Shown here one piece after another: positions 23,665 to 35,377 of a stretch of 64,000 nucleotides of DNA. Each line of letters opens with the position of its first letter. The first letter of the stretch is position 1. The notes beneath the pieces were generated by a model, which saw only the letters and a list, made by a program, of their open reading frames with translations, did not search any database and was not told where the DNA came from. The position numbers were made by a program, and so were the translations under genes. Source of the stretch: Mytilus trossulus (Eukaryota). The DNA lies in contig NC_086374.1 in assembly GCF_036588685.1 (NCBI RefSeq), positions 71,300,001-71,364,000 on the forward strand. Direction: 5' to 3'.

Positions 23665-26600
23665 GGCATACTGTAAAACATGGTATGGTATGGTGGTATG
23701 GTACGAATACCATCATACCATGGTATGCATGAATGGTACCATGGTATGGTATGATGGTATGGTACAAATTTGTATACCATGGTATAACTTGATGGTATGA
23801 AGCATTATGTAGGGTTTTTCGAAGTAGGAAATTAAGAAAAGTCTTTATGCTTTACGGCTATAAATTTTTTATTCTTAAACAATATTTTATTAATTATCTG
23901 TTTGCTTATCTTTCTTTTTTTACCTATTCCAAAACAAACTCTTTTTTTTCAATAAGAAACAGGAACAAGAGTATTTGTTGAAAAAATAATGTAAACAAAA
24001 TATTCATTGGTTAATTTTTTTCAAGACATTTAGAATCAAAACAATTAATTTAGTAAAACTATCATGCTGAAGAAAAACAGTCAAAGTGTGGTTGGTGATT
24101 AGTTGTAGTTAGTAAGAATATAATCTGCTGTGACTAAAACTTTTGTTCAATTAAAGGACTTTTTTATTGCTATTTTTGTATTGCTGTACGAGTGTACAAG
24201 TGTTATTTTGTCCACTGTAATTAATTTTGTCATATTAACATTTTGGTTATCGTCTGTTAAAGTCATTAAGTCAAATGGCTATCCTGCTATAAGATTAACA
24301 TAGCATGTTCTCTAGGTCACGTAGTAAATACTTTTACATGATTTATATGTTTTATTTTTGTAAACAAAGAGTTAGGGAATATTCGGAGATTATTTAAGTA
24401 AATTGGGGAATATTTGGAGATAGAGGTATATAAGAGCCCTCTGTTTAAGTGTTTTAAAAGGAGAATTGAAGGCTAGAAAAGACCCATACAATATGAAACT
24501 TTAAAAAGGATTTTGTTATTCTGGGCAGATTTTAGCATATCTTGGGAGAACTTGTAGATTTATATAGAAGTTGTGTTACATTACTTTTCAACTGTATTTA
24601 GTTTTGATATTTTTGTCCGCTCAGACTATTGCGTGGTTTTGTCCGCACAGTATTGGACATTGTTGCTTATTTTGATGCGGAATGTAATGAAATCCATTTG
24701 TGATGTGTGTGAAAGTGGTGTACCGACGAATCTTTGAATGTACATTTTGTAAACTGTATATTATGTAAATATTCCTGACAAAGCCATTTTAAACATAAAG
24801 GGGGGGGGGGGGGGGGGGGGGTCCATATATCACAAACAAAAATATCCGTTAGTACTAAATTAAAACTATGAAAAAAATATATATAAAATTAAATTAAATT
24901 CAAACCTTAATTTTCATAAACCATAGATGTAATTACATCTATGCATAAACTTAATGTGCAAGTCTGTATTAGAAATATTCTATCATGGCAGATATAACAT
25001 GTATAGGGACAATATGTATTCATAATATTCGATGGAACATCAGATGATATTAATTTTTTTTTGTCTAGCAAATGATTATAACCCTTTATTAAAGTCTCAA
25101 CTAAGAAATCTCAAACGACAAAATGTCGTTCTTAGATGTTGATGTAATTTTAATGCATCTTAAAATAAACATCTCAAGCTTAATTGCCGAAAAACTAAAA
25201 TAGAATGGTTGGATCCTATGGGATGTGTTGTTGCATGGGTGTTTTATAATAACACAATTTTCTTTGTTGTTGTTTATCCTGAATTTCAAGATATAACTGG
25301 ATGTGATTATATTATTATTATTACATATAGTATACAAAATATTCAAATTTTGCATTTAATAAAAAAAAATGAAATAAAGTTGTTTAATAAAATCTCACAT
25401 AACAAAAAAATTTGTAAGGGTTCCACGGAACCCAGTGTCTCGCCTACTATTGCTGTAAATCACAGGCTCAACAAAAATGAGGAAAAAAATCAATAAGAAT
25501 ATTCCTCTTGATACTATCTTTTGATTGTAAGAAGCTTCGAATTCTGTCCAAGTTTGGTAAAAATCTAGGATAGTTAATGAATCTAATAAATGTTTTGAAA
25601 ACTTTAACTGCAGACTATATGCAATGTTAACTGGAAGAAAATCTAAGTCCAAATTTATTTCTGGATACTATCTTATGATCATAAATAAGCTACTGTCCAA
25701 GTTTGGTACACACCCAGGATAGTTTAAGAAAGTAAACTTTAACCACAGAGTGAATGTAATGTTTCCCCGCAGAAAAAACTAAGTCCATTTAAAAGTAAAT
25801 ACGGAAAAAATGGATTTATTTTTTCACAAAATTTACTTCTGGATACTATCTTATGATCATAAGCAAGCTTCTGTCCAAGTTTGGTACAAACCAAGGATAG
25901 TTTAAGAAAGTTATTAAAATTCTAAAAACTTTAACCAGAGTGAATGTAATGTTTCCCTGCAGAAAAAACTAAGTCCATTTATAAGTAAAATACGGAAAAA
26001 TGGAATTTTATTTTTTCAAAATTTACTTCTGGATACTATCTTATAATCATAAACAAGCTTCTGTCCAAGTTTGGTTGAAATCCAGTATAGTTTAAGAAAG
26101 TAATTAAAGTTTCAAAAACTTTAACCACAGAGTGAATATTTGTGGACGCCGCCGCCGCCGACGACAGAAAGTAGGATCGCTTAGTCTCGCTTTTTCGACT
26201 AAAGTCGAAGGCTCGACAAAAAGACACATTCCTTGGTTGATATTGTGTATATACTTCCTTAATGCACATTATTTTTATATATAAATGAAGAAAACAAAAT
26301 ACTCTCTACAACATGTGCTATCTATCCATGTATCAACCAACATAGTATTATATTTAGTGACAGTTTAATTTGAAAGTATGGTGTTTTTTAATCCACACAG
26401 GAGATGCATTCACCTTTAATTCACATTTTTAGTGGAATTTCTTGGCCATAGATGTAGACAGAATATGCAACTGTTTAAAAGTGTCATATTTCAAAACAAT
26501 ATAAAAGTTGACCATTGACAGAAGATTATGAAAAACTTGGTAATGATAACTAAATTATCTAGATTATAATCATAAGATATGCAGTACTTCCCAAAATTTC

Positions 26601-27090
26601 AAAGAATAATTGACAGCTATTCTACTGCCAGCAAAGCGTCAGAATGGGACATTATATCTATCTATCTTATCTTAACTTAGTAGTTATCTGATATGTTTAA
26701 ATTGAGTTTTTCTTTCTTGTTTTCTGTTCACATCATAAGGTAAGGGATAGTCTAACTGGTTTGTCTACATCTATTTATTTTGTAAAATTTTATTTTCATA
26801 AATAAAACAGATATATGTACATAATGTCAACAAATATAAAAAAAAATCATATTTTAGATTTTTCAAAATTTCCTACTTCAAAAAACCATACCATGCTTCA
26901 TACCATCAAATTATACCATGATATCATAATTTTTACCATGGTATAGTTATTCGTACCATGGTATAGTAATTTGTACCATACCATCATACCCTACCAGGGT
27001 ACCATTCATGCATACCATGGTATGATGATATTCGTACCATACCATACCACATACCATACCATCGTACCATACCATGTTTTACAGTATGCC
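23665..27090. mobile_element. Mutator-like (MULE) non-autonomous element
   Basis: TIRs GGCATACTGTAAAACATGGTATGGTA / TACCATACCATGTTTTACAGTATGCC with ATGGT subrepeats. Perfect 9-bp TSD AAAATAGAT (23656-23664, 27091-27099). Excision restores RT KEQCSLSNVKIDDAI. Confidence 0.88.
25410..26220 (-). mobile_element. Helentron-associated non-autonomous element (HINE/pearl-like) with an internal ~190-bp tandem array
   Basis: End hairpins GGGTTCCACGGAACCC and TTCGACTAAAGTCGAA, GTCTCGC motif near both ends, GCC/GAC microsatellite, about 3 internal repeats, A-rich flanks. Second copy at 54815-55577. Confidence 0.75.
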
Positions 27091-29816
27091 AAAATAGATG
27101 ATGCAATCAACGCATTTAAAGAATTCAGACGATTATCAAAACTAAATAAGGCGAACATTGCCGATGCATTCAAGCAATTAGGGATCAAAAGGGATCAGCA
27201 TCATTTATACTGTATCAAATGGAGAAATTTATATTACTATTATGTGCGTCTTTGTTTTGGCTCACGATCATCACCTATAATATTTGACTTGTCAGTGGCA
27301 ATTTGTTGGATAGCCAAGAACAATTACAATTTTCCAGTTATCCTTCATCTGAATAATGATTTTTTAACTGTTCAAGCATCAGACACTTCAGGAGACAGAA
27401 CTATGGCACTTATCACTTTAATTTTTAATAAATTGAATATACCATTATCTAAGAAAAAGACTGTAGGTCCACATTACACACTAGAGTATCTCGGAATCAT
27501 ATTCATATTAGATACAGATAAGATGGAAGCTAGACTTCCACAAGATAATTAAAGTTGAACGCAGTATTTATTTCATTGGAACATTTCTACGTCGACATTC
27601 TATTAAAAAACGAGAACTTTTACAACTCTTGGGACATTTCAATTTTGCCGCGAGAGATATTATACCTGGACGGACTTTTGTAACTTATCTCATTACCTAT
27701 CGACTAAAGTTAACAATCTCAATTACTATGTTACACTGTCAGCCGAATGTCGAGATGATTTAAAGATGTGGTATATTTTTCTAAAACAGTGGAACTGCGT
27801 CTCCTTTTTCTACGATACTTTCACTACCAATGCAGCGGATTTCGAATTGTATACAGATGCTGCTTCAACACTTGGCTTTGGGGGTACTTCAAGGGACATT
27901 GGTTTTGTAGTTCTTGGCCACCAGAGTTACAAAATATACTTGATTCTGATATGTCTATGGCTTTCCGAGAATTGTATTCAACTGTAGTGGCGGCATTACT
28001 TTGGGGCAAACATTGGACGAGAAAACGAATAGCTTTTCATTGTGATAATGAATCTACTGTTAATATTATAAACAAAGGACGATCAAAGGTGCAAGATATT
28101 ATGAAACTAATGCGTAAACGCACTTGGTTAGCTGCAATTAACATTTTTACATTTTCAAGTAAGCATATCCGTGGTGTTAAAAATGTGATTGCAGATTCAC
28201 TTTCTCGATTTGATTTTCAGACGTTCCGGAAAGAAGCGCCGGAAGCAGATGCACAAGCCATGATTTGTCCTCACTCGTAATGTGGAATTGACTTATAGTA
28301 TAGGTTGTTTACTCAAAACTTCAATAGTTTCCAGAACACGTACGCAGTATGAGTGTGGGTATTCTGCCTATGCAACTTTTTTTACGAATGACTGGAGTGA
28401 TTTGGCTTAATTAAGACATGCCTCCGTTAACTGAAGAATCTCTTATTCATTTCGCTACGCATTGTTTTAAAAACTTGCATTTGAAATGTTCTTCTATTAA
28501 AATGTATATATGTGGGATACGATATAAATACTTAGAGAATGGGAAGACTTCAATATTTAGCGACAGTTCTGATAAACTTTATCGACTCGATGCGTTATAT
28601 AGAGGAATAAAGAAAAATCAAAAAAAATCAAAAAAACCTAGACTTCCAATTACCTTCACGATACTCAAGGACATTTGTCAGTTTTTGAGGAAAGGGTATT
28701 ATACGCCGTATGAATATGATGAAGACATTCTTCTGGAAGCAGCGTGTGTCACGGCATATTTTGGATTTCTTCGATGTGGGGAATTTACAGTATAACATTC
28801 GTTTGATTCAGAATGAAATGTGAGTATCGAAGATATCCGGTTTCTTAAGGATTAAGTGACCTTTCATTTGAAAGCTTCGAAAAAAGACCCATTTCGTGAA
28901 GGTGTTGATATTCATTTATTTGCGTTGGGAGCATCTGTTTGTCCAGTCTAATCTCTGGAACGTTACATGGACTATCGTACTAGGAAATTCAAAGATAGTA
29001 AATCACAAGACGCTTTCTGTGTGATGGAAAATAGAAAAGCTTTAACACGAAACTACTTCAATTCTTCTTTAAAAAATATACTTGCTGTACTTGGATACAA
29101 CTCAGACTTATATAATGGTCACAGCTTTCGCGATCGCATTGGAGCAAGTACCACAGCGGGTTCAAAAATTGAAGATCACCTTATTCAGACACTCGGACGG
29201 TGGAGTTCACAGTGTTATACTCGCTATATCAGAACTTCTTTATCAACGATACAGCAAGCTCAACAAGCATTAGTCGAGTGAAGATTTAGTGTTTATTGTA
29301 CATAGGAATATTTCAATCGCATACGTTTTTATCTTGATTTAATATTGTTAGTACCTTAGAGTATATATAGACTGTTTCATTACCATATGTCAGTTCATCG
29401 TTGTTTATGAGGTCCTCACAAATGACATCAATTACGTTTTTAATCAGTGTTTCAGGGGAATAATAATACCCATTGTTTAATCCGATGTTGGTTTAAAGTG
29501 TGTTTCGATAGTGTTGGGGCATACTAAATCCATATTATGTAAATATATTGAAGTATCATTGTCTTCATATGTCTACATTTATTATGTGCATATTAATTGC
29601 TAAACATGATATACATTTGTTTATAATCGCTATCAGTGACGTACCATTTTCAATGAATGAAACAAGGGTTAAACATTTAAACCAAGTTAGTTCCCGATTT
29701 TGTGTTGATATTTGAACTTACTAATTAACTATGTAGATAAAAGAACATGATAGCATAGCAGATGCTGAGAACATTATGATCAGAGTTCATTGACATGCTA
29801 ATGAAAGTTATGTTAA

Positions 29817-30379
29817 GGAGGCTCGCGGGTATAAAAAAATCGGCAAAAAAATAAACATTTGTTTTTTCAATACAAATTTTATTTAATACATAATTAACTA
29901 TTACTTTATAATATGGTACAAAAATTACCAAGAAAAATCGATTTGGTTTGGTCACAGATGACTTTTAAAATGTTCATATCATTGAAAAAGCTCCAAATTA
30001 TCTCCCTTTGGTGCAAAAATGTAATTTTTTGACGTTTAAATTGAAATATCTTTTTTATCTCATCGGTGACCTATAGTTTTTATTATTGTTTTCAAACAAT
30101 CTGTACATAAACTAAATAATTGTAAAATTTTTGCGATTTCTGTAATTTAGTTCTTTTTTTATTTCGATATTACCAATATTTCTCCTATTAGTTCAACAGA
30201 AAAAAAGGTCATCATTAAAAATGTATGCTTCTTTCAGAGGCAAATTGTGAGCTTAAATGAACGGTGACCCCATATTTTTATTTTATATTTCCATTAGGTA
30301 TAAGATAAAGTTTAATCATAGAAAAACATAGGAAAATCCTATATTAGAAAAAAAAGTTGATTTAGACCCGCGAGCCCCC
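29817..30379. mobile_element. Kolobok-type MITE
   Basis: TTAA|GGAGGCTCGCGGGT ... ACCCGCGAGCCCCC|TTAA. Confidence 0.85.
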
Positions 30380-31824
30380 TTAAGGTCAAGTAGAACATTT
30401 GATTTCATCAAGTCGTAACATTTCTTCTCACGACCCGCTGAGATAGACAGTACTTAATCAGAAAACTTGTGCTTATCACTTAAACTTTTTCCATGTTTTC
30501 CAGCACGCCGGAGTTACATACTAATAAACGACCTTAATAATAGACCTCAACACATTTGGTTGAACATCTGTTTATTTTAACTTTTAATGTGTCACATAAC
30601 AAAAAATGAGGCATATTGGTAACATAAGGTAAATCACATTTTCTTGATTTTGCATGATTCTTAGGTGGAGCCATACTTAATTGTTATTCATCTATTCGCA
30701 TCTGATATTAAGTTCATTTGTAAATCAATTCACATATTCAGATACATTAATATAGAAACAAATCTTTGTTCAACGATACTGTAAATTCAGAATTGATGCG
30801 TGCATTTATCATTACGATTTTAGAAAATCTGTAAAATATAAAGTATCATCTATTAATGCGAAATTTATCATTGCCATACGCACTCAGAAAAAAATGAATT
30901 TACAGTAACCATTTTCATTTGGGATTCAGTTGTCTCCTTTAAATACCAGCCATCAACTGTATTTTGGCATATTTTCGTTATTATCAACTCAATTTCCCCA
31001 AATTTGATGCAGAGTTATTGATGTATGAGTTGCTTGTCACAGTTAATGGGACTTATAGCAGTAATTTGGTTAAATTTTAAATAGACCAGACACGTGCTAG
31101 AATTGCCGGACACTAACTAACAACAAATCCCTGTTCTAAGTCAGTCCTGACGTCATTCCATGCATGGACTTCTATCACTGACGTTTTTGATCTACATGCT
31201 TGTAGTCATAAACAAGAACAGGTCCATCATTAAGTTCAAGCATGAACTTAAAGTAAGTGTCCCATCGTTATCAGAAGTTCATGCATGAACTCAGATCTTT
31301 CGATTGATATGATTCTCAATCACTGTGACAACAACCGAGACGCCAAATGATGTTTATTTTATTGTATGTATATTATCTAGTATGTATCTTAGTTTATTAT
31401 ATCTTAATAAATATATATTCTATGTTTTTTGTGTATAAATGAAAGTTTTAAGCAAGAAAATAACAGGTGAGCGATTCAGGCTCTTGAGAGCCTCTTGTTA
31501 TATATTAGAGCGCCTTATGAGTCTTTTGTTGACGAAACGTGCGTTTTGCGTACAAAATTTAAATTCTGGTATAATGATCAGTTAATCTAAAGAAGGGATC
31601 TGCATCTTCAATTAAAACTTAAGAAATCTATTCGACAATTGTAGGAACGCAATCATGACTTGGGTGACTGTAAAATTATATCTTCGACACATATAGTGCG
31701 TTTACGTTCATCAGTCATAGTCCCCGTCCCGTCATTTTGATTTACAACCATTGTTAATAACTATAACCTTTAGTTCGTTTCGAATTCTAAATAACTTACT
31801 TTTAAATTTGTATTACAGGCAAGA

Positions 31825-33519
31825 ATGACGTCAGCTAGTGGCACATTATGTGGTGTGTGTGCAACTCAGGATGTTTTTAGAGATGCCATTTTCTGGTGCC
31901 CTGAATGCGATGAAGGTCTATGCACAGCATGCGAAATGTACCATAGGGCTTCTAAATCCTCAAAAAAACACGAAGTAACTTCAGTGGATGATTATAAACA
32001 ATTACCGTCATCCATAGCAAATATCAAACAATACTGTTCTGACCATGAGGAAAAATATCAGCACTACTGTTCCCAACATGAGACCCTTTGTTGTCCACTT
32101 TGTCTCACGTCAAATCACATGAAATGTGATTTTTTAGCAATTGTTGAAGTCATCAAAACGTCCAAGATCTCTGCACTTTACGACATTATGGAACAAAGTA
32201 TCAAGGATATGAAAAGCAACCTAGAAAGAATAACAGACGACCGCGAGAAAAATTTGGAAGATATTCATGAACAGCGACAGAGATTCTCGACAGATATAAA
32301 AGAGATACGAGCAAAAATAAACAAACATCTAGATGAACTTGAACAAGAAATAGAACATAATATCCAAGCTGCGGAACAAAAAGCCATATCACAAGTAGAC
32401 ACAGTCCTTTCAAAAATCTCCAGCCATTCTAAAACAATAGATAAGCTACAGAAGAATATATCTGCGACTAAACATGTTGCTACTGACCTTCAGACATTTT
32501 TGGGCGGGAAAATGTTCGAGGCCGAGGTTCAAAAGGAGGAGAAGTTTATGCAGTCTTTAAAAGAAGATGGCGATTTTCAACAAATAAAACTAGAATGCAA
32601 AATTGATGACCATATTTCTGACATACTGTGTATGACACAGATGGGACAGATATCCATCACGGCAAATCCACCCACTATTACCGTGTCAACGAATAGAGAA
32701 AAGCATGCTCAACAAATGATACCGACGATACCAAAAACAATCAATGAAATCAACCTCACATTACTTGCGAGATTTGAGATATCGAAAAGGAAAGGACTTC
32801 AAATCTCGGGTTGCACTATCATGCCTTCCAGAAAAATAGTCTTTGTAGATCAAGTCAATCATAGTCTTGTAATTCACAACGAAAATGGAGTATTTGAAAG
32901 TGAAATTCTTGTATCACAAAGTCCTGTTGATGTTACGGGCATTGATGAAAACACCGTCGCGGTCACCCATAATTCAAGGCCTTATCATACCGAAGTTATT
33001 GACATTGCTAATAAACTGGTTGTAAAAATGATTAAAACGCCCAATATGTGCTACGGTATAACAAAAAGAGAAGGCAGATTGATATTTTATACTTTTGGGA
33101 CAGGTATTCAAACAGTCGATGTGACCGATGAAAGTACTTTCACCACATTAGTTAAAGTTGATTATAAAAATCACTCCAACTATGTAACAGCATCAAAGGA
33201 CGAGACATACCATGCATGCCCAGGCTCAAACACCGTCACATGCTACACAGTCACAGGACAGAAGATTTGGGAATACACACATGAATTAATGTTGCATGGG
33301 ATTCGAGATATAACTGTTGACAACGATTCCAATGTGTACGTGGCATCCTACGGGAATAACAATGTCGTCGTTATTTCACCAGATGGAAATGATGCTCATC
33401 GATTGTTAGGAGAAGAAAATGAGATTAAAAAACCTCATGGTATCCATATAGACAATAAGAAAAATAATTTACTGGTTGTCAACTTCTGTGGAACAGCATT
33501 TTTATATAACATTAAGTGA
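31825..33519 (+). CDS. B-box / coiled-coil / NHL-like beta-propeller protein (RING-less TRIM-like), paralog 1
   Basis: CGVC..WCPECDEGLCTAC..H..H (B-box1), C..H..YC..H..CC..C...H..C (B-box2), long heptad region, propeller repeats (DITVDNDSNVYVA, PHGIHID). Splice acceptor tattacag 6 nt before the ATG. Confidence 0.9.
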   Translation: MTSASGTLCGVCATQDVFRDAIFWCPECDEGLCTACEMYHRASKSSKKHEVTSVDDYKQLPSSIANIKQYCSDHEEKYQHYCSQHETLCCPLCLTSNHMKCDFLAIVEVIKTSKISALYDIMEQSIKDMKSNLERITDDREKNLEDIHEQRQRFSTDIKEIRAKINKHLDELEQEIEHNIQAAEQKAISQVDTVLSKISSHSKTIDKLQKNISATKHVATDLQTFLGGKMFEAEVQKEEKFMQSLKEDGDFQQIKLECKIDDHISDILCMTQMGQISITANPPTITVSTNREKHAQQMIPTIPKTINEINLTLLARFEISKRKGLQISGCTIMPSRKIVFVDQVNHSLVIHNENGVFESEILVSQSPVDVTGIDENTVAVTHNSRPYHTEVIDIANKLVVKMIKTPNMCYGITKREGRLIFYTFGTGIQTVDVTDESTFTTLVKVDYKNHSNYVTASKDETYHACPGSNTVTCYTVTGQKIWEYTHELMLHGIRDITVDNDSNVYVASYGNNNVVVISPDGNDAHRLLGEENEIKKPHGIHIDNKKNNLLVVNFCGTAFLYNIK

Positions 33520-34624
33520 TATTATTTAGCTTTTGTCCTCAGAAAATACAGACAGAAACACGTTAAAACCGCTGATTTGCAACTAAATTATGAATGTAAA
33601 TAGTGTTAGTAGTATTTCAATATTCAGCCCCATTCTACTAATTGGTCAGCCATCAGTCATACCCTGATATACACTATCTTTTTCGGGTAATTAATACTGA
33701 TAGCGTTCGACATTTCAGCCGAACAAATTTATCACTTTTACTTAACTTAATTATTGTATGCTGGTTCATATTCTGGACGCCAATCTTTGCTCCTTTATTA
33801 TGTAATTCACTAACAAAACAATTATGAAACTAAGAAACGGAAAAATACTAAATACTAAACTTGTTCAAAGGGTATCTACACGTCTCAATTTTCAAAATCG
33901 GTTATCTAAAAATACTACCATCGCTAACATTTTTAACAATAAAAATCGTGGTTACCCTTCTATCGATAAGTGTCATGCCAAAAAATGACTTACATGTCCC
34001 CGTCTTTCCACCAACAATACGGTAAGGTCCACGTTTAATGGTCGCACATTTTCTTTAAATTTTGAAACTGATATTACTTGAAAAACAAACAGTATTATTT
34101 ATTTACTCACATGAAACAAACCGGGATGTGGTATTCAGTACGTAGGAGAAACTGGAAGATATTTATCAAAACGCACTCAAGAACATCTGTATCGTTTTAA
34201 AAGACCTAATAAATTCAAAAGTATCATTTACCAACACCTTAAGAAGCACAACCATCCTTTTAAATATTTAGCAGTTCAACCTTTAGAAGTAGTAAATAAG
34301 CAGCCTGGTGAATCGCATTCAAAGTTTGTACGATCACGGAAAATAATTGAATTAAATTGGATTAAAAAATTACAGACAGTTTACCCTCTCGGTCTAAATG
34401 ATAATATCATGGGAAATGTATTTATCAATGTTATATAGAACACGTGTATTTGTTGTGACATTTGTCACATGACTAGATATACCGGTTTGAAGGTATTCTC
34501 TATAGAGTAATGAGTATTTCACGAGCTAATATAAGCGGGAAGAATTGTAACGGTAAATATATGTGTAGTTATTTGTCATTCGACGCTTGCATTTCGGACA
34601 GTTAAGTCTGGTCATTTCTTCAAT

Positions 34625-35377
34625 ATGGCCGAACATACAGAAGAAAGTTTACTTCTACAAGACGACTCGTTACCTGATAAAAGCAGTGATGGTGCTAACA
34701 GATCTTCTTCTGATAGGGACTTACATGACACGTTCTCTCTATTCAAGTTGTACATGGACGGGAAAATGGATAGCCTTGAATCCAAGTTGGTACGTGAACA
34801 AGACGCGATGTCCAAGAAGATAAAAGAGGAAGTCTCTATCAAGTTTAAGCACGAAGGAAACCGAATTCAATTTAAGTTTAATGAAGAAATCGTGAACGAT
34901 CTCAATAAGCTTTACAAGTCAATACCGTCAACAGAGGCACATAGTATTCGTGTTGTTCTGGATTTACTGGATAAAGTTAAAGGCCGTAATAAGCTTATAA
35001 GGATTGCTGATTCTTCCCCGGCAGGATGGTCAACCGTCCGTGAGTACGAGTCCAATGATATTGCTTCTGACAGTGAAGATGAGAAGAAAATTCGCCAGGC
35101 GGAGAGTCGAGCTATGCGCACGATGAAAGACAAGACAAAAGGACGTCCCGCTCCGTATTCTAACAAACCCAGATTGCCACCAGCTGAAACCTATGCTAAT
35201 CCTACCTACAATCAACAGTTTCAGAGGCAGCCCTTTCGTAACAGCGCCGCACGGCGTGAGCCGTGCCAGTCGGACATGTGCTTCTATTGTAAGCAGTTCG
35301 GGCATTGGAGAAAAAATTGCCCCCTCAGATCTGGATCTGTTGGTGCCGGATCGTCTGGACTTGCCAATCAAAAGTAA
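34625..35377 (+). CDS. gag: Gag-like protein with CCHC zinc knuckle
   Basis: CFYCKQFGHWRKNC. RNKLIRIADSSPAGW.TV.EY....ASDSEDEK is typical of DIRS-order gag. Confidence 0.9.
   Translation: MAEHTEESLLLQDDSLPDKSSDGANRSSSDRDLHDTFSLFKLYMDGKMDSLESKLVREQDAMSKKIKEEVSIKFKHEGNRIQFKFNEEIVNDLNKLYKSIPSTEAHSIRVVLDLLDKVKGRNKLIRIADSSPAGWSTVREYESNDIASDSEDEKKIRQAESRAMRTMKDKTKGRPAPYSNKPRLPPAETYANPTYNQQFQRQPFRNSAARREPCQSDMCFYCKQFGHWRKNCPLRSGSVGAGSSGLANQK

Larger units (their letters stand above)
22342..29281 (+). mobile_element. Decayed Ngaro-like tyrosine-recombinase retrotransposon (gag 22342-23498; RT/RNase H 23626-23664 plus 27091-28280; YR ~28300-29281)
   Basis: RT ANIADAFK..RLCFGSRSSP..HLNNDF (degenerate YLDDF). 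RNase H LYTDAA..ELY..FHCDN..N.IADSLSR. YR AYFGFLRCGEF..GHSFR..GRWSS..YTRYIR. No methyltransferase domain between RH and YR. Multiple frameshifts; terminal repeats not resolved. Confidence 0.88.

Noticed and set aside
26971-27090. Tyr/His/Pro-rich N-terminus of the 193-aa ORF
   Set aside because: This is translation of the MULE right TIR (CATAC repeats) fused by chance to the Ngaro-like RT.
33642-33827. 61-aa ORF (and its twin at 42582-42767) whose stop overlaps the Naiad ATG
   Set aside because: Starts at TTG immediately after a TAA and has no recognisable features. It is repeated only because the element is duplicated.
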